Shown here in pieces: positions 47,044-59,481 of a stretch of 64,000 bases of DNA. Made by a program: the position numbers and the translations under genes. Every line of letters starts with the position of its first letter. Position 1 is the first letter of the stretch. The notes under the pieces are model-generated. The model saw only the letters and a list, made by a program, of their open reading frames with translations, made no database searches and was not told the origin of the DNA. The DNA is from Rickettsiaceae bacterium (GTDB lineage Bacteria; Pseudomonadota; Alphaproteobacteria; Rickettsiales; Rickettsiaceae): the NCBI GenBank assembly GCA_963676335.1, contig OY781057.1, positions 783,047 through 847,046 on the forward strand. Direction: 5' to 3'.

Positions 47044-48390
47044 TTATTTTGACGAATTATTCATAGCTTCAAAGAAATCTGCATTCGATTTTGTGTCTTT
47101 TAATTTACTTAATAAGAATTCTATCGCTTCAAGTGTCCCCATAGGAGAAATAATACGACGTAAAATCCACATTTTAGATAGCGCATTTTTATCAATCAAC
47201 AAATCCTCTTTTCGAGTTCCAGATTTAGTAATATCCATAGCAGGATATATTCTTCGATCCGCTATCCTACGATCTAAAATAATTTCAGAATTTCCAGTTC
47301 CCTTAAACTCTTCAAAAATAACTTCATCCATCCTAGAACCAGTATCAACTAAAGCAGTAGCTATAATAGTTAATGACCCTCCCTGCTCAATATTTCTTGC
47401 TGCTCCAAAAAATCTTTTAGGCCGTTGAAGAGCATTTGCGTCTACTCCTCCAGTTAAAACTTTCCCAGAAGAAGGTATAACTGTATTATATGCCCGTGCA
47501 AGCCTAGTTATCGAATCCAATAAAATAACTACATCTTTTTTATTTTCTACTAACCTCTTAGCTTTCTCTATAACTATTTCCGCTAATTGGACATGCCTAG
47601 TAGCCGGCTCATCAAAAGTAGAACTCACTACCTCCCCTTTGACTGAACGAATCATATCCGTTACTTCCTCAGGACGCTCATCTATCAAGAGAACAATTAA
47701 AAATACTTCTGGATGATTTATACTAATAGCATGTGCGATATTTTGCATTAAAATTGTCTTTCCCGTTCGAGGAGGAGCAACTATCAAAGCCCTTTGCCCC
47801 TTTCCTAAAGGAGACATTAATTCTATTACTCTAGTACTCAAATCTTTGCTATTATTACTTATATCTTCTATCTCTAAATTTAATTTATTTTGTGGGTATA
47901 AAGGAGTAAGATTATCAAAATGTTGCCGATAAAGAAATTGAGACGATTCTTGAAAATTAATTTTTGTTATCTTTAATAAAGCAAAATAACGCTCCCCTTG
48001 CTTTGGAGCTCTAATCTGCCCTTCTACCGTATCTCCTGTACGTAAAACAAATTTTCTAATTTGACTAGGGGATACATAAACATCATCAGGCCCAGAAAGA
48101 TAATTAGTTTCAGGGAATCTTAAAAAACCAAACCCATCTTGCAATATCTCCAAAACTCCTTCCCCGATTATCACCCCCCCCTGCTCTACAGTTTTCTTTA
48201 AAATTGCAAAAATTAATTCTTGTTTAAGTAGATTATTTGCATTATCTATGTTGAGCTTATTTGCTAAAACTTGAAGATCTTGTGGAAATTTTTGTTTCAA
48301 TTCTCGAAAATTAATTATCTGCCTAGAATCAATATTATTATTGTTAATTTCATTTAAATTTTGTTCTTTATCATAATCATTTTTAGCCAT
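47044..48390 (-). CDS. rho: Transcription termination factor Rho
   Basis: GFGFLR, the RNA-binding region [16 protein letters not shown], Walker A PPRTGKT and [21 protein letters not shown]. Confidence 0.95.
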   Translation of the reverse strand: MAKNDYDKEQNLNEINNNNIDSRQIINFRELKQKFPQDLQVLANKLNIDNANNLLKQELIFAILKKTVEQGGVIIGEGVLEILQDGFGFLRFPETNYLSGPDDVYVSPSQIRKFVLRTGDTVEGQIRAPKQGERYFALLKITKINFQESSQFLYRQHFDNLTPLYPQNKLNLEIEDISNNSKDLSTRVIELMSPLGKGQRALIVAPPRTGKTILMQNIAHAISINHPEVFLIVLLIDERPEEVTDMIRSVKGEVVSSTFDEPATRHVQLAEIVIEKAKRLVENKKDVVILLDSITRLARAYNTVIPSSGKVLTGGVDANALQRPKRFFGAARNIEQGGSLTIIATALVDTGSRMDEVIFEEFKGTGNSEIILDRRIADRRIYPAMDITKSGTRKEDLLIDKNALSKMWILRRIISPMGTLEAIEFLLSKLKDTKSNADFFEAMNNSSK

Positions 48391-48575
48391 GAAAGAAAAC
48401 CCTATACTTATTATTAAAAAAATTATTAAAAAATTTGGAATTATTTAGATCAGAAATAATATTTAATTATTAATTTTGTATTCATTATCTGTCAAACAAA
48501 ACGTTATTAAAGTTAAATATATTGAGACTGAGTATTGCAGATAATTCCACTTATTAACTCTATGATCATTAATTA

Positions 48576-49145
48576 TTAATCACTCTTAGAGACTTTAGCG
48601 TACATGATTGAATTACAATATACACCATGTAAATATTCATATTTAGCTAATACACCTTCTTTGATAAAACCACAGCGTTCTAATAATGCTGCAGATTTAT
48701 AATTATCAACTACTGTTGTTGCTTGTAGCCTAACTAATTTTAAAACTGAATACGAAAATTCCAAAACCTTTTCGAGACTCCTAGACATTATCCCTTGCCC
48801 CCAATGATCAAAAGAAAGATCATAACTTATTTCCGCTCGCATATGAGTGAAAATTAACATATTATACCCTATAGTACCTATCAATTTATTATCTTTTTTT
48901 AACTCTATCCCCCAGTAATATCCTCTCTTTAATTTAAATAAACTAGACCAATATTGCAATTCCATTGCAGCATGCTGGACGGAGCTAGGCAAGTTTGTAG
49001 TAGCAATATATTTAGCAACTTCTTTATGAGTCATATATGAAAAATATTCCCTTGCGTCTCTAGTAGACAATTCCCTTAAAACGAAATCTCCTAAATCAAA
49101 AACTGGAAAAGGTAACTCAAAAACTTCTTTAAAAAAATTTGACAT
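48576..49145 (-). CDS. GNAT-family N-acetyltransferase (RimJ/RimL-like)
   Basis: WGQGIMSRSLEKVLEFSY and N..S..LLERCGF motifs. Confidence 0.75.
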   Translation of the reverse strand: MSNFFKEVFELPFPVFDLGDFVLRELSTRDAREYFSYMTHKEVAKYIATTNLPSSVQHAAMELQYWSSLFKLKRGYYWGIELKKDNKLIGTIGYNMLIFTHMRAEISYDLSFDHWGQGIMSRSLEKVLEFSYSVLKLVRLQATTVVDNYKSAALLERCGFIKEGVLAKYEYLHGVYCNSIMYAKVSKSD

Positions 49146-49157
49146 ATTACAAACAAC

Positions 49158-51389
49158 TCAACTATGACACATAGCAACAAAAGTATTTATAGGAATAATA
49201 TAATCTATTACATCTTTAGTATAATAAAGTAATTTATGACGATTTTTTGTCAATTTATCACTACTGCTATTTATCTTAACGTTATTAAGTAATGCATTAA
49301 TTTTTACATGTAAATCTGTCAGATACACAAGTTCTTCTTTATAAGGAACAGTACGCTCTCCTAACCTTTCTACAATATTATTTATAAAATCATATAATCC
49401 TTTTTCTTCATCATACTCAAATAAGTCTATATTTACAATAGATCTAACAATATTATGCATTGTTTTACGAACATTTGGCTCAAAGTTTTTTTCCCTTTTC
49501 TCTTTATCGCCCACTTTTAATAGATTATTTCTAATTTCTTCAAACTTAGGAGAGAGTTCTTTAGATATACTCTCACTACTACCTCCTACTAAAAAAAACA
49601 ATCTAGTATATGCATCAAGTAAATCTTGCCAGTTAGAACTTTTAATAAATTCATCTAATATTTTGATATTATCAAATATTTCTAATATATTGTTATATTC
49701 TCCTAATAAACTATTTTTAATACTATTATGGCTAGAAATTATAGTAATGTTAAAATGAATTATGTCTAAAGTATAGCCTTTATTTTTTAATACATGATTA
49801 GCTCTTTCTATGATAAAATTATCTATTAAATAAAATACTTTTTCACTATCTAAATCAGTAAAATCATGCAGATTAATAATATACTTTATACAAGAAGATA
49901 AGTTTATGTTTAATTTAGCATCTACAATTATGTTTATAATTCCTATTGCTAACCTTCTAAGACCATGCGGGTCTTTATTTCCATCAGCTCTTTCTCCAGC
50001 TATAAACAATCCTACTAAACTATCTAATCTGTCTATTAATGCTACTAAATAAGCCAATACTTCTATAGAATCTCTATAAAAAATATACATAGTTCCAATT
50101 TTGTTTTTAATCTCATCTGAAGAACAATAATGTAGCCCAATTGCATTAGCTATACGCTCATCAAGGTTAGCATTTAAAGCATAATATTTTCCCATAATTC
50201 CTTGCAATTCTGGAAATTCCATTACAACTTGACTTACCAAATCACATTTACAATACTTTACAGCTATTAAAAACTCATCCTTAATGTTTAAATTTTCAAT
50301 ATCTATAACGTTTTCAGATATTATCCAACGAGCAATCGACTCTAAGCGATTGGTTTTATCTAACAGCGTTCCTAACTTATTATGAAATACTACTCCATCT
50401 AAACGTTTGTAAAATTCATCAATACCAACTTTAAGATCTTGTTCATACAAATATTTTGCATCAGCTAATCTAGCTAATAATACTTTTTCATTTCCTGCAA
50501 TTATGGTATTATTTTCCGCATTAGGGTTGTTGCTAACAAACACAAAAGCATTTGTTAATTTTCCTTCTGTATCTTTAGTAGGAAAATAACGTTGATGTTT
50601 ACGCATAACTGTAACTAATACCTCCTCTGGAAGGCTTAAAAAATCTGCAGAAAAATTTCCAGATAATACCACCGGAAATTCTACTAATCCTACAACTTCT
50701 TCTAAAAGCTTTTCATAATCAAATACACCTAAACTTTGAAGTTTATCTTGTATTTTACGTTTGCGATTACTTCTACTCAATATGACAAAATTATTCTCTA
50801 ATGTAGATTTATAAGAATCTATATGATTAATTGGTATTTCACCAAATTTTATAAACTTATGACCATACGTAATATTATTGGCTTCTAAATGCCCATATTT
50901 AATAGGTAATACTTTATTATCCAATAAGCATAGAATGTTTCTTAACGGTCTAACCCAACTAATTTTAGACTCTCCCCAATACATCGATTTAGGCCATACA
51001 TATTTTTTGATAGCATCTGGAACTACTTCCTTTAATATAAAATCTAAACTTTTTTGATATTTCTCTTTTTTTTCAATAAAAAAGTAATATCCATATTCTT
51101 TTACCAAATTTTGTTCTTCAACATTATGTTTTTTGCAAAATCCATTAATAGCCTCCTGAGGACTATCTATTTTAGGACCTCTAATTATATTTGAAGAATC
51201 CACTTTATAAGATAAATTCTCTATTAGAACAGAAATTCTACAAGGTCCACTATCTGGATATACTGCACCAAATTGCAAACCGTTTTTTTCTAAGACGTCA
51301 CAAAAAATATTTTTATAACCAATTTCTGCATCATCTTGCATGTCAGCTGGCATTTCTTCTGAATATAATTCTAATAAAAACTTAGACAT
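49158..51389 (-). CDS. glyS: Glycyl-tRNA synthetase beta subunit
   Basis: [16 protein letters not shown]-terminus, HQRYFP, and an overlap with glyQ. Confidence 0.9.
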   Translation of the reverse strand: MSKFLLELYSEEMPADMQDDAEIGYKNIFCDVLEKNGLQFGAVYPDSGPCRISVLIENLSYKVDSSNIIRGPKIDSPQEAINGFCKKHNVEEQNLVKEYGYYFFIEKKEKYQKSLDFILKEVVPDAIKKYVWPKSMYWGESKISWVRPLRNILCLLDNKVLPIKYGHLEANNITYGHKFIKFGEIPINHIDSYKSTLENNFVILSRSNRKRKIQDKLQSLGVFDYEKLLEEVVGLVEFPVVLSGNFSADFLSLPEEVLVTVMRKHQRYFPTKDTEGKLTNAFVFVSNNPNAENNTIIAGNEKVLLARLADAKYLYEQDLKVGIDEFYKRLDGVVFHNKLGTLLDKTNRLESIARWIISENVIDIENLNIKDEFLIAVKYCKCDLVSQVVMEFPELQGIMGKYYALNANLDERIANAIGLHYCSSDEIKNKIGTMYIFYRDSIEVLAYLVALIDRLDSLVGLFIAGERADGNKDPHGLRRLAIGIINIIVDAKLNINLSSCIKYIINLHDFTDLDSEKVFYLIDNFIIERANHVLKNKGYTLDIIHFNITIISSHNSIKNSLLGEYNNILEIFDNIKILDEFIKSSNWQDLLDAYTRLFFLVGGSSESISKELSPKFEEIRNNLLKVGDKEKREKNFEPNVRKTMHNIVRSIVNIDLFEYDEEKGLYDFINNIVERLGERTVPYKEELVYLTDLHVKINALLNNVKINSSSDKLTKNRHKLLYYTKDVIDYIIPINTFVAMCHS

Positions 51390-52272
51390 CTATTTTTTCC
51401 GTTTTTTGCATTTCAAGCCATTTAACACAACAGCTTTTAGTTAAATTTCTTATCTTTTTTATTATAGCGACACGCTCCGCTACACTAATTACACCTCTAG
51501 CATCAAGCACATTAAATATATGACTTGTCTTTATGCAAAAATCATACGCAGGTAAAGGTAGATTATTTTCTATTAATCTAAGACACTCTTTTTCATAATC
51601 GCTAAAGTGGTTTAACAACATTTGAGTATCTACGCATTGAACATTAAATTTTGAAAATTGTATTTCCACTCCAAACTCTATATCGCCGTACGTTATTTTT
51701 TCATTATCTTTAGTCTTATTCCATACTATATCATTTATAGATTTAACATTTTGTAAATATAAAGCTATTCGTTCTAACCCGTATGTAATTTCTCCTGGAA
51801 CAGGTCTTATATCTATACCACCAATTTGTTGCATATAAGTAAATTGAGAAATTTCCATACCATCACACCAAACTTCCCATCCCAATCCAGCCGCTCCTAA
51901 TGTAGGAGACTTCCAATCATCTTCTACAAAACGAATATCATGATCATTAGATCCTATACCTAACTGCTTCAAACTATCTAAATATAATTGTTGCATATTA
52001 TCAGGAGAAGGCTTTAAAATCACTTGAAATTGATAATAATGCTGCACTCTATTAGGATGTCGACCAAATCTACTATCCGTAGGGCGTCTTGAAGGTTGTA
52101 CAAATGCAACATTCCATGGATTTTTACTTAAAGTACGTAATACGGTTGCAGGATGAAAAGTTCCAGCACCCATTTCAACATCATACGGTTGTAAAATAGA
52201 GCATCCGTATTCTGCCCAAAAATTTTGCAATTTAATGATTATGTCCTGAAAAGATATAAATTTTTTCATCAT
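51382..52272 (-). CDS. glyQ: Glycyl-tRNA synthetase alpha subunit
   Basis: [36 protein letters not shown] and [12 protein letters not shown] motifs. Confidence 0.95.
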   Translation of the reverse strand: MMKKFISFQDIIIKLQNFWAEYGCSILQPYDVEMGAGTFHPATVLRTLSKNPWNVAFVQPSRRPTDSRFGRHPNRVQHYYQFQVILKPSPDNMQQLYLDSLKQLGIGSNDHDIRFVEDDWKSPTLGAAGLGWEVWCDGMEISQFTYMQQIGGIDIRPVPGEITYGLERIALYLQNVKSINDIVWNKTKDNEKITYGDIEFGVEIQFSKFNVQCVDTQMLLNHFSDYEKECLRLIENNLPLPAYDFCIKTSHIFNVLDARGVISVAERVAIIKKIRNLTKSCCVKWLEMQKTEKIDV

Positions 52273-52496
52273 ATATCCAATATACTTCTATATAACTCTA
52301 ATATAGCATCTTGTTGCTCACGTTTATCTTTATCTATTTTTCTTAATTTAATAATTTGACGTAATGTTTTTACATCAAATCCACTACTTTTAGCCTCTTG
52401 ATAAGCTTCCTTAATATATTCTAAAATTTCAGATTTTTCTTTTTCTAAGGTCTCTATTTTATTAATAAACTGCTCTAAAAATTCTTTTTTTACCAT
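52269..52496 (-). CDS. DUF2312/UPF0335 (GapR-like) small DNA-binding protein
   Basis: [52 protein letters not shown] matches the family pattern ERIERLEEEK...VYAEAK..GFD.K..R.I...RK as recalled. Confidence 0.7.
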   Translation of the reverse strand: MVKKEFLEQFINKIETLEKEKSEILEYIKEAYQEAKSSGFDVKTLRQIIKLRKIDKDKREQQDAILELYRSILDI

Positions 52497-52584
52497 AAAT
52501 TTAATTATTTTATACTAAAATGTTAATTTACTCATTTTCATATATTTAATATAGAAAAAATTACATAATTTTAAATATTCTCTA

Positions 52585-54204
52585 TTGAATAATATTATGT
52601 ACTATAAAACAATTAGAATAAAAAAATCATATAAAATGATAATACCATCTGATTTAGCATTAAAAAGCAAAACTTGGCCTTGGCAAGAAGCTTTCAAATT
52701 AAAAGAAAAATTTGATAAGAACCCTCCACCTAAAGGATACGTGCTTTTTGAAACAGGGTATGGCCCTTCAGGATTACCACATATTGGAACCTTTGGAGAA
52801 GTAGCTCGTACCACTTTTATAAGAAATGCATTTAGCAAAATATCTAATATTCCGACAAAGCTAATATGTTTTTCAGATGATATGGATGGATTAAGAAAAG
52901 TACCTATTAATATACCTAATCAAGAGTTAATAGCTAAATATTTGAATTATCCATTAACGGCTATACCAGATCCATTTGGTGAAGAAAAAAGTTATGGACA
53001 TTATATGAATAAAAAATTATGTTCATTCCTAGATAGATTTGAATTTAATTATGAGTTTTATAGCGCAGCTGAATGCTATAAATCAGGAATGTTCGATAAA
53101 TTTTTGCTTAAAGTATTAGATGAATATGATGCTATTATGCAAATAATGTTACCTACCCTTAGAAGCGCAAGACAAGCTACTTACTCTCCATTTTTACCAA
53201 TCTGTTCTAAAACAGGACGTGTGCTCCAAGTTCCAATTGTTGAAATAAAAAAAGAATCCGGAACAATAATATATGAGGAAGATAATAAATTAATTGAAGT
53301 ATTAGTTACTGGCGGTAACTGTAAACTTCAATGGAAACCTGATTTTGCAATGCGTTGGGCTGCTCTTGAAGTTGACTATGAAATGTATGGAAAAGAACAC
53401 AGACCTAGTAGCGATATTTATAATAAAATTTGTACAACATTAGGAGGAACTCCTCCAGTACAATTTTTTTATGAGCTGTTTCTAACCGAAGAAGGTAGCA
53501 AAATTTCAAAATCCAAAGGTAATAGTATTACTGTTGATGAATGGCTAAAATATGCCGGTCAAGAAAGTTTAGCGCTATTTATGTATCATTCTCCTAGTAA
53601 GGCAAAACGCTTGCATTTTGATGTTATAGTCAAAACTGTTGATGAATATTTAAAGCTGAATAAACAATATCATGATGAAACTGAGGTTATTAATAAAATC
53701 GATAACCCATTATTCCATATTCACAATGGGAATGTCCCAATACACAATACTGAACTATTAACATTTAATTTATTATTAAATTTAGTTATTATTTGTCATG
53801 CTGAAAATAAAAATATAGTTTGGGAATTTATTAATAAATACTACCCTAATTTACAACAAGATCAGGTACCATATCTAAATCAATTAATAGAATATACAAT
53901 AGAGTATTATAGAGATCTTGTTAAAGATACTTGTAGCTATTTAGCTCCCAACGATCTACAAAAATCTATATTACAACAAATTATTAGCTTGTTAGAGCAA
54001 GAAGAAATTTTAAAAGAAGATATAATACAAAATGGAATTTATACTATTGGGGCCAATGCAGGATATTCTAATCTAAGAAATTATTTTAAAGAATTGTATC
54101 AGATCTTATTAGGAAGAGAAGATGGCCCAAGGCTTGGATCTTTGCTTACTATTCTAGGAAAAGAAAAAGCCATATCTCTAATAAAAACCAAAATAAACAC
54201 ATAA
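52585..54204 (+). CDS. lysS: Lysyl-tRNA synthetase, class I (the likely start is ATG 52636)
   Basis: The HIGH-like PSGLPHIGTFGEV and the KMSKS-like KISKSKGN are present, in the class I architecture typical of Rickettsiales and other alphaproteobacteria. Confidence 0.9.
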   Translation: MNNIMYYKTIRIKKSYKMIIPSDLALKSKTWPWQEAFKLKEKFDKNPPPKGYVLFETGYGPSGLPHIGTFGEVARTTFIRNAFSKISNIPTKLICFSDDMDGLRKVPINIPNQELIAKYLNYPLTAIPDPFGEEKSYGHYMNKKLCSFLDRFEFNYEFYSAAECYKSGMFDKFLLKVLDEYDAIMQIMLPTLRSARQATYSPFLPICSKTGRVLQVPIVEIKKESGTIIYEEDNKLIEVLVTGGNCKLQWKPDFAMRWAALEVDYEMYGKEHRPSSDIYNKICTTLGGTPPVQFFYELFLTEEGSKISKSKGNSITVDEWLKYAGQESLALFMYHSPSKAKRLHFDVIVKTVDEYLKLNKQYHDETEVINKIDNPLFHIHNGNVPIHNTELLTFNLLLNLVIICHAENKNIVWEFINKYYPNLQQDQVPYLNQLIEYTIEYYRDLVKDTCSYLAPNDLQKSILQQIISLLEQEEILKEDIIQNGIYTIGANAGYSNLRNYFKELYQILLGREDGPRLGSLLTILGKEKAISLIKTKINT

Positions 54205-54206
54205 TA

Positions 54207-55562
54207 ATGACAGCGACACTATTAGTTGTAGATGATATAGACTTAAACATAAAACTATTATCTGATAAATTAACTAATAAATATTATAATGTTATTCAAG
54301 CACATAATGGTTCTATAGCACTATCAATATTACATGAGAAAAAAATCGATGTAGCTCTGATTGATTATATGATGCCAGAAATGGATGGGCTGCAAGTATG
54401 TAGAAATATAAAAAATAATCCGATCACGACTTATATTCCAGTTATAATGATTACAGCACACTCAGATTTTGAAAGAAAATTATTATGTCTAGAAGCTGGA
54501 GCAGATGACTTTTTAACAAAACCTATTAATGATATAGCTCTATTTACTAGATTAAAGTCTTTAACGCGAGTTAAGAGATTAATAGATGAATTGTCATTAA
54601 GGAATCAAACTAATCTAGAGTTAGGAGCATTGCAAATTCAAATTAGCGATACTACCAATTCTAAAATTTTAATTCTAGATGATGATGAAGTACAAGCTAA
54701 AAATATAACCACTATTATAAGTGGAATTACGAACTTTATAAAATATATTGATGTATCTACACCAAATTATTTCAATGAAATAAAAATTTCACCAGATATA
54801 ATATTGATTAACTCTTCTATAAATGAAGATCCACTAAAATTATTTTCTATTCTAAAAAATTTTGAATTAACAAAATCTGCAATATTTATCCTAATTTCCG
54901 AAGAAGAAGATAACAAGATTATTTCTACTGGTATAGACTTAGGTGTAGATGACTATATTATATATCCAGCAGATACCAATGAATTAATAGCAAGAATTAA
55001 AACTCATTTGCGACGAAAAAGTTATTATGATTCATTAAAAAATGAAATAACGGCAACAATTAACTTATCCATTAAAGATTATTTAACAGGTTTATTCAAT
55101 AAACGCTATTTTGAATCTCATTTAATTAAAATACTAAATTCTGAAAACATATCTACTTACGTAGCATTAATAGATATAGATTTTTTTAAAACTATTAATG
55201 ACACTTATGGTCATATTGTTGGAGATTCTATAATAGTTCAAGTAGCTAATACTATACTTCAATCAGTAAAAATTACAGATTTAGCAGCAAGATACGGAGG
55301 AGACGAATTTATTGTAATCCTGCAAAATATTTCTATGTCAGAAGCCCATAGTGTATGTGATAGAATGTTAAATAATATAAAAAGTATACATCTAAAATCT
55401 GAAAATTATGATATCCACGTTACAATATCTCTTGGTATAGCTGAATATAAAAAATCTACAAAATTATGGGATTTTATTAATCAAGCCGATAAAGCATTAT
55501 ATAGAGCAAAAAAATCTGGTAAAAATCAATTTTGTATATATAATACTAATATTGACTTTTAA
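54207..55562 (+). CDS. pleD: Response regulator / diguanylate cyclase PleD (REC-REC-GGDEF)
   Basis: N-terminal receiver LLVVDD...DYMMPEMDG, a second degenerate receiver, and RYGGDEFIV. Confidence 0.88.
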   Translation: MTATLLVVDDIDLNIKLLSDKLTNKYYNVIQAHNGSIALSILHEKKIDVALIDYMMPEMDGLQVCRNIKNNPITTYIPVIMITAHSDFERKLLCLEAGADDFLTKPINDIALFTRLKSLTRVKRLIDELSLRNQTNLELGALQIQISDTTNSKILILDDDEVQAKNITTIISGITNFIKYIDVSTPNYFNEIKISPDIILINSSINEDPLKLFSILKNFELTKSAIFILISEEEDNKIISTGIDLGVDDYIIYPADTNELIARIKTHLRRKSYYDSLKNEITATINLSIKDYLTGLFNKRYFESHLIKILNSENISTYVALIDIDFFKTINDTYGHIVGDSIIVQVANTILQSVKITDLAARYGGDEFIVILQNISMSEAHSVCDRMLNNIKSIHLKSENYDIHVTISLGIAEYKKSTKLWDFINQADKALYRAKKSGKNQFCIYNTNIDF

Positions 55563-55610
55563 TAATATAAAATTATACAATAGTTCTGTTTAAGTAATTA
55601 AAAAAAATAA

Positions 55611-55780
55611 TGGCTAAAAAACAAAAGACAACGTTAGTGAAATTAGCTAGTACTGCAAATACTGGATATTTTTTAGTAAAAAAACGTAATCCTAAAACGA
55701 AGACAGAAAAACTTTCTTTTAGAAAATACGATCCAAAAATTAGAAAACACGTTCTATTTAAAGAAGAAAAAATAAAATAA
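55611..55780 (+). CDS. rpmG: 50S ribosomal protein L33, with the ATG out of frame by 1 nt relative to the body (see finding)
   Basis: Frame 55622-55780 encodes [63 protein letters not shown] at 55611 would give MAKK only if one more A were present. Confidence 0.7.
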
Positions 55781-55790
55781 ATATAGAAAT

Positions 55791-56138
55791 ATGACAGTAA
55801 AAATACGCTTAGCTCGCTATGGATGCAAAGGCAAACCTTGTTACAGGGTTGTTATAGCCTATGTTAAAAGTCCAAGAGATGGAAAATTTATTGAAAATGT
55901 TGGAATTTATAATCCGCTTTTACAAAAAGACAATCCTAAGTATTTAATTTTAAAACAAGAAAGGATTGAGTATTGGTTATCTAAAGGAGCGCAACCTACT
56001 GATCGCGTTATGAAATTTATTATGGGAATGAATTTTAATGTTTCAGAAAAATTAAAAGCTACTTTCAATAAAAAGGTTCAAAATTATAAAATTACTCCGT
56101 CAAAAAAAGAACTTAAAAAACTAAATGAACAAAAATAA
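55791..56138 (+). CDS. rpsP: 30S ribosomal protein S16
   Basis: [23 protein letters not shown]...[13 protein letters not shown]. Confidence 0.95.
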   Translation: MTVKIRLARYGCKGKPCYRVVIAYVKSPRDGKFIENVGIYNPLLQKDNPKYLILKQERIEYWLSKGAQPTDRVMKFIMGMNFNVSEKLKATFNKKVQNYKITPSKKELKKLNEQK

Positions 56139-56142
56139 CTCT

Positions 56143-56186
56143 AGAGTATACTGTTCTTACTTGAAAAATTGGTAGACGGTATATCA
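56143..56186 (+). repeat. Copy C of the IS630-like terminal repeat (solo, in the rpsP/glnQ convergent spacer)
   Basis: gagtatactgttcttacttgaaaaattggtagacggtata aligns with the reverse complement of 10697-10737 (tgtactcgccacacttcaaaaattggtagacgggtata). Confidence 0.7.
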
Positions 56187-56197
56187 GAGACTAATGT

Positions 56198-56935
56198 TTA
56201 TAAAAATAATTCTACATTTTTAAGGAATAATTTTGCACGTTGTCCTTTAGTTTTAGAGAAGAAATGATCTTTAATTTGGTTTGTTAGAATATATCCTTTA
56301 TCCATAAAGATAATACGGTCTGCAACCAGTTGAGCTAGCTTTATATCATGCGTAACTATAATCATAGTCATTTCTAATTTAAGAGCATTGATTATTGCAA
56401 TATAATCTTGAATTATTTCTTGATCTAATGCAGAAGTAGGCTCATCAAATAACATAATTTTGGGCTTCATCATCAAAGCACGACAAATAGCTACCTTTTG
56501 CTTTTGTCCACCAGATAAATTTTTAGGTTTATCCAATACTTTATTAGAAATGTTAAATTCTTCTAAAAGCTTAGTAGCTTGAGTTACAGCAGATTCTTTA
56601 TCAAAATTTAATATGGTCATTGGAGCATATGTTAAATTTTTTAACACCGTCCAGTGATCAAATAAATTAAACTGTTGAAATACCATTCCCACAGTTGTCG
56701 CTATTTTAGCTGTATTTTTTCCTCCAGTTTTACTATTTACTAACTCTTGGTCAATATGTACAGTCCCTCTGTCTGGTTTTATTAAACAATTTATACATCT
56801 TAATAACGTGGATTTACCGCTACCAGAAGGACCAATAACACAAACTGTTTCTTTATGACTAATTTCAAGATTGATATCCTTTAAAACATAATTATTATTA
56901 TAAATTTTGCTTAAATCCTTTATCTCAATAATCAT
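56198..56935 (-). CDS. glnQ: Polar amino acid ABC transporter ATP-binding protein
   Basis: GPSGSGKST, LSGGQKQKVAICRAL and MLFDEPTSALD motifs. Confidence 0.85.
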   Translation of the reverse strand: MIIEIKDLSKIYNNNYVLKDINLEISHKETVCVIGPSGSGKSTLLRCINCLIKPDRGTVHIDQELVNSKTGGKNTAKIATTVGMVFQQFNLFDHWTVLKNLTYAPMTILNFDKESAVTQATKLLEEFNISNKVLDKPKNLSGGQKQKVAICRALMMKPKIMLFDEPTSALDQEIIQDYIAIINALKLEMTMIIVTHDIKLAQLVADRIIFMDKGYILTNQIKDHFFSKTKGQRAKLFLKNVELFL

Positions 56936-57612
56936 TATTTTATCTTTTTTGCAATAATTTTTTCACAATAAGTAGCAGTTAATACTATAACATAGTAACA
57001 TATTGCTGCAGATATCATTGGAGCAAAGTAAGTATATTTCTCTAAAGCTATACTCTGGGCACACCTCATAATATCCATTTCTCCTAACGTAAATATTATA
57101 GAGGATTCTTTTACCATATTCGCAAATTCATTAACCAATGTCGGTGAGATACAACGTATAGCTTGAGGAAGAACAATATCTTTCATCATATTATAATATG
57201 AAACTCCTAATGCTTTAGCAGCTTCAAACTGCCCTATATCAATAGATCGAATCCCAGATTTAATTATTTCAGAAATATATGCTGCTGAATTTAGAGAAAA
57301 TGATATTATCCCAGCAACAAACACGCTTAATTTTATATTAAAAGCCACAGGTATAACAAAATACACGATGCTTAATTGTACTAACATAGGAGTACCACGA
57401 AAAATTGATGTATAAAAATCAGCGAATAAAACTAATCCTCTATACTTACTAATTTTTGCTACTGCTATTAAGCCTCCTAAAATAAAACCTAGTAAGACAG
57501 AAGTAATGCTATACTCTAGTGTTACAGGAATACCTTTCGCTACATTGAGTAATATTACTATATTTTCAAAAAAAATAGAGTATACTATGTCAGTATTTAA
57601 TTGAATATTCAT
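56935..57612 (-). CDS. glnP: Polar amino acid ABC transporter permease
   Basis: HisM/GlnP-type permease with the EAA-like loop FEAAKALGVSYYNMMKDIVLPQA. Confidence 0.85.
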   Translation of the reverse strand: MNIQLNTDIVYSIFFENIVILLNVAKGIPVTLEYSITSVLLGFILGGLIAVAKISKYRGLVLFADFYTSIFRGTPMLVQLSIVYFVIPVAFNIKLSVFVAGIISFSLNSAAYISEIIKSGIRSIDIGQFEAAKALGVSYYNMMKDIVLPQAIRCISPTLVNEFANMVKESSIIFTLGEMDIMRCAQSIALEKYTYFAPMISAAICYYVIVLTATYCEKIIAKKIK

Positions 57613-57613
57613 A

Positions 57614-59479
57614 ATGCTTATAAGAACTAGCTTAATCTTTATTTTCCATCTCGTATTATCGTTAAATATTCATGCAGAAGTCAACTCAAACACTAATGTA
57701 GTGGATAAAATAATAACTTTAAAGCAATTTTTAAACAATACGGATACTAGCTTTGATAATATAACCCATTTCATAAAAGAAAACCCTTATTTGCCTCAAA
57801 TGAATCTTTTATTAAAGAAAGCAGGAGAGTTTATCAAAGAAACAGATTCTCAACAAAAAATTTTACAATGGTTTACTGCCCATCCCCCCATTACTGGGAA
57901 AGGATATAATCGTTATATTTCCTCTGCTATAGCATTAAACTCTCCAAACATAATTAAAATAGTTAAAACTGGATGGATTAAAGGAAATTTTAACAATGAA
58001 GAACAAGAACAATTTTTGATGAGATATAAACAATATTTAGATACACAGGACCATATAAAAAAAATTGATCATTTATTATGGAAACAAAATACTCAGGCCG
58101 TTAAACCGCTATTGCATTTAGTAGATAATAAACATCAAATAATATTTAAAACTAGAATAGCGTTTATAAATAAAAACTCAAAAGCTATAGAAATGTTTAA
58201 TAATTTACCTACTGAGTATAAAAACGATTTAGGCTTATCATATAACTATCTACTTTCCTACAAAAAAGAAGGTCCTAATAATTCTGCTTTTAAAAGCATG
58301 GAAAGAATTCCTAAAGTAAGTCAACATACTCAAGAATGGGCAGCTCTTAGAATTTTGTACGCAAGAGAATTATTAAAACCAATGCAATTTAATCCAACTT
58401 TAGCGTATAAAATAATTCAAAACCATACAGCAGTAGATCCTAAAGATCTTGTAGAAGCAGAATGGTTATGTGGATGGATAGCATTAAGATTTTTAGATAA
58501 GCCTAAACTAGCTATTCAACATTTTTCGATTGTTTATAACAATAGCACTATTGCAAGAAGCATCAGCAAAGCATCTTATTGGTTAGGACGTTGTCATCAA
58601 GCATTAAAACAAGATCAACAAGCTAAACATTCTTTTGAAAAAGCAGCAAATTTTAGCTGGACTTTTTATGGACAACTATCTTTGTTAGAAATGAAATATA
58701 AAAATATTCCAACATTCTCGATGCTTAATTTTATAAAGACAAATGAAGAAATTCCTGAAAGATACAGTAATGAGCTAATAGAAATAACAAAATTACTTCT
58801 CAACAACAAAGATACTCCAGATATGATTCGTATATATTGCGAATATGCTATTAAATATAGTCAAAATAAACAAAAAATATTAGATTTGTTTAAAATTATA
58901 AAAACATCAGATTCTGTTTATTATTCTGTTATGGCGTCCAAATCAATTCAAAATAAAGGAATATTTTTATCAGAAGGATATCCAAGACCATATAATTTAA
59001 AGAAAATTCCTATAGAAATACCCTTAGCATATGCTATAATAAGACAAGAATCTAGTTTTAATTCAATAGCTTATGATTCAACTCATGATGATAGTGGTTT
59101 AATGCAGTTAATTCCAGATACTGCAAAAAAAATTGCTAAAAAATTAAATCTTGAATTTAATCAAAAAAAATTAATATTCGATCCTTATTACAATATAACT
59201 TTAGGAACTGAATATTTAAGAGAACTATTAAAGTATTATAACGGGAAATATATTCTAGCAATACCTGCATATAACGCTGGTACTCATAGAGTAAACAAAT
59301 GGTTAAATGTTTATGGAGATCCAAGAAAGTATAAACAATTGCATAAAGTTATTGATTGGTTAGAGTTAATCCCTTTTCCAACTACTAGAATCTACGTACA
59401 AAGAGTATTAGAAAATTTACAAATTTATAGAATGTTAATAAATAAAAACACTATTTTAAAATTAAGATCAGAGATATAA
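57614..59479 (+). CDS. slt: Soluble lytic murein transglycosylase (Slt70-like)
   Basis: Signal peptide, superhelical N-terminal region, and the SLT catalytic motif [13 protein letters not shown]...[10 protein letters not shown]...YNAG. Confidence 0.88.
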   Translation: MLIRTSLIFIFHLVLSLNIHAEVNSNTNVVDKIITLKQFLNNTDTSFDNITHFIKENPYLPQMNLLLKKAGEFIKETDSQQKILQWFTAHPPITGKGYNRYISSAIALNSPNIIKIVKTGWIKGNFNNEEQEQFLMRYKQYLDTQDHIKKIDHLLWKQNTQAVKPLLHLVDNKHQIIFKTRIAFINKNSKAIEMFNNLPTEYKNDLGLSYNYLLSYKKEGPNNSAFKSMERIPKVSQHTQEWAALRILYARELLKPMQFNPTLAYKIIQNHTAVDPKDLVEAEWLCGWIALRFLDKPKLAIQHFSIVYNNSTIARSISKASYWLGRCHQALKQDQQAKHSFEKAANFSWTFYGQLSLLEMKYKNIPTFSMLNFIKTNEEIPERYSNELIEITKLLLNNKDTPDMIRIYCEYAIKYSQNKQKILDLFKIIKTSDSVYYSVMASKSIQNKGIFLSEGYPRPYNLKKIPIEIPLAYAIIRQESSFNSIAYDSTHDDSGLMQLIPDTAKKIAKKLNLEFNQKKLIFDPYYNITLGTEYLRELLKYYNGKYILAIPAYNAGTHRVNKWLNVYGDPRKYKQLHKVIDWLELIPFPTTRIYVQRVLENLQIYRMLINKNTILKLRSEI

Positions 59480-59481
59480 AA

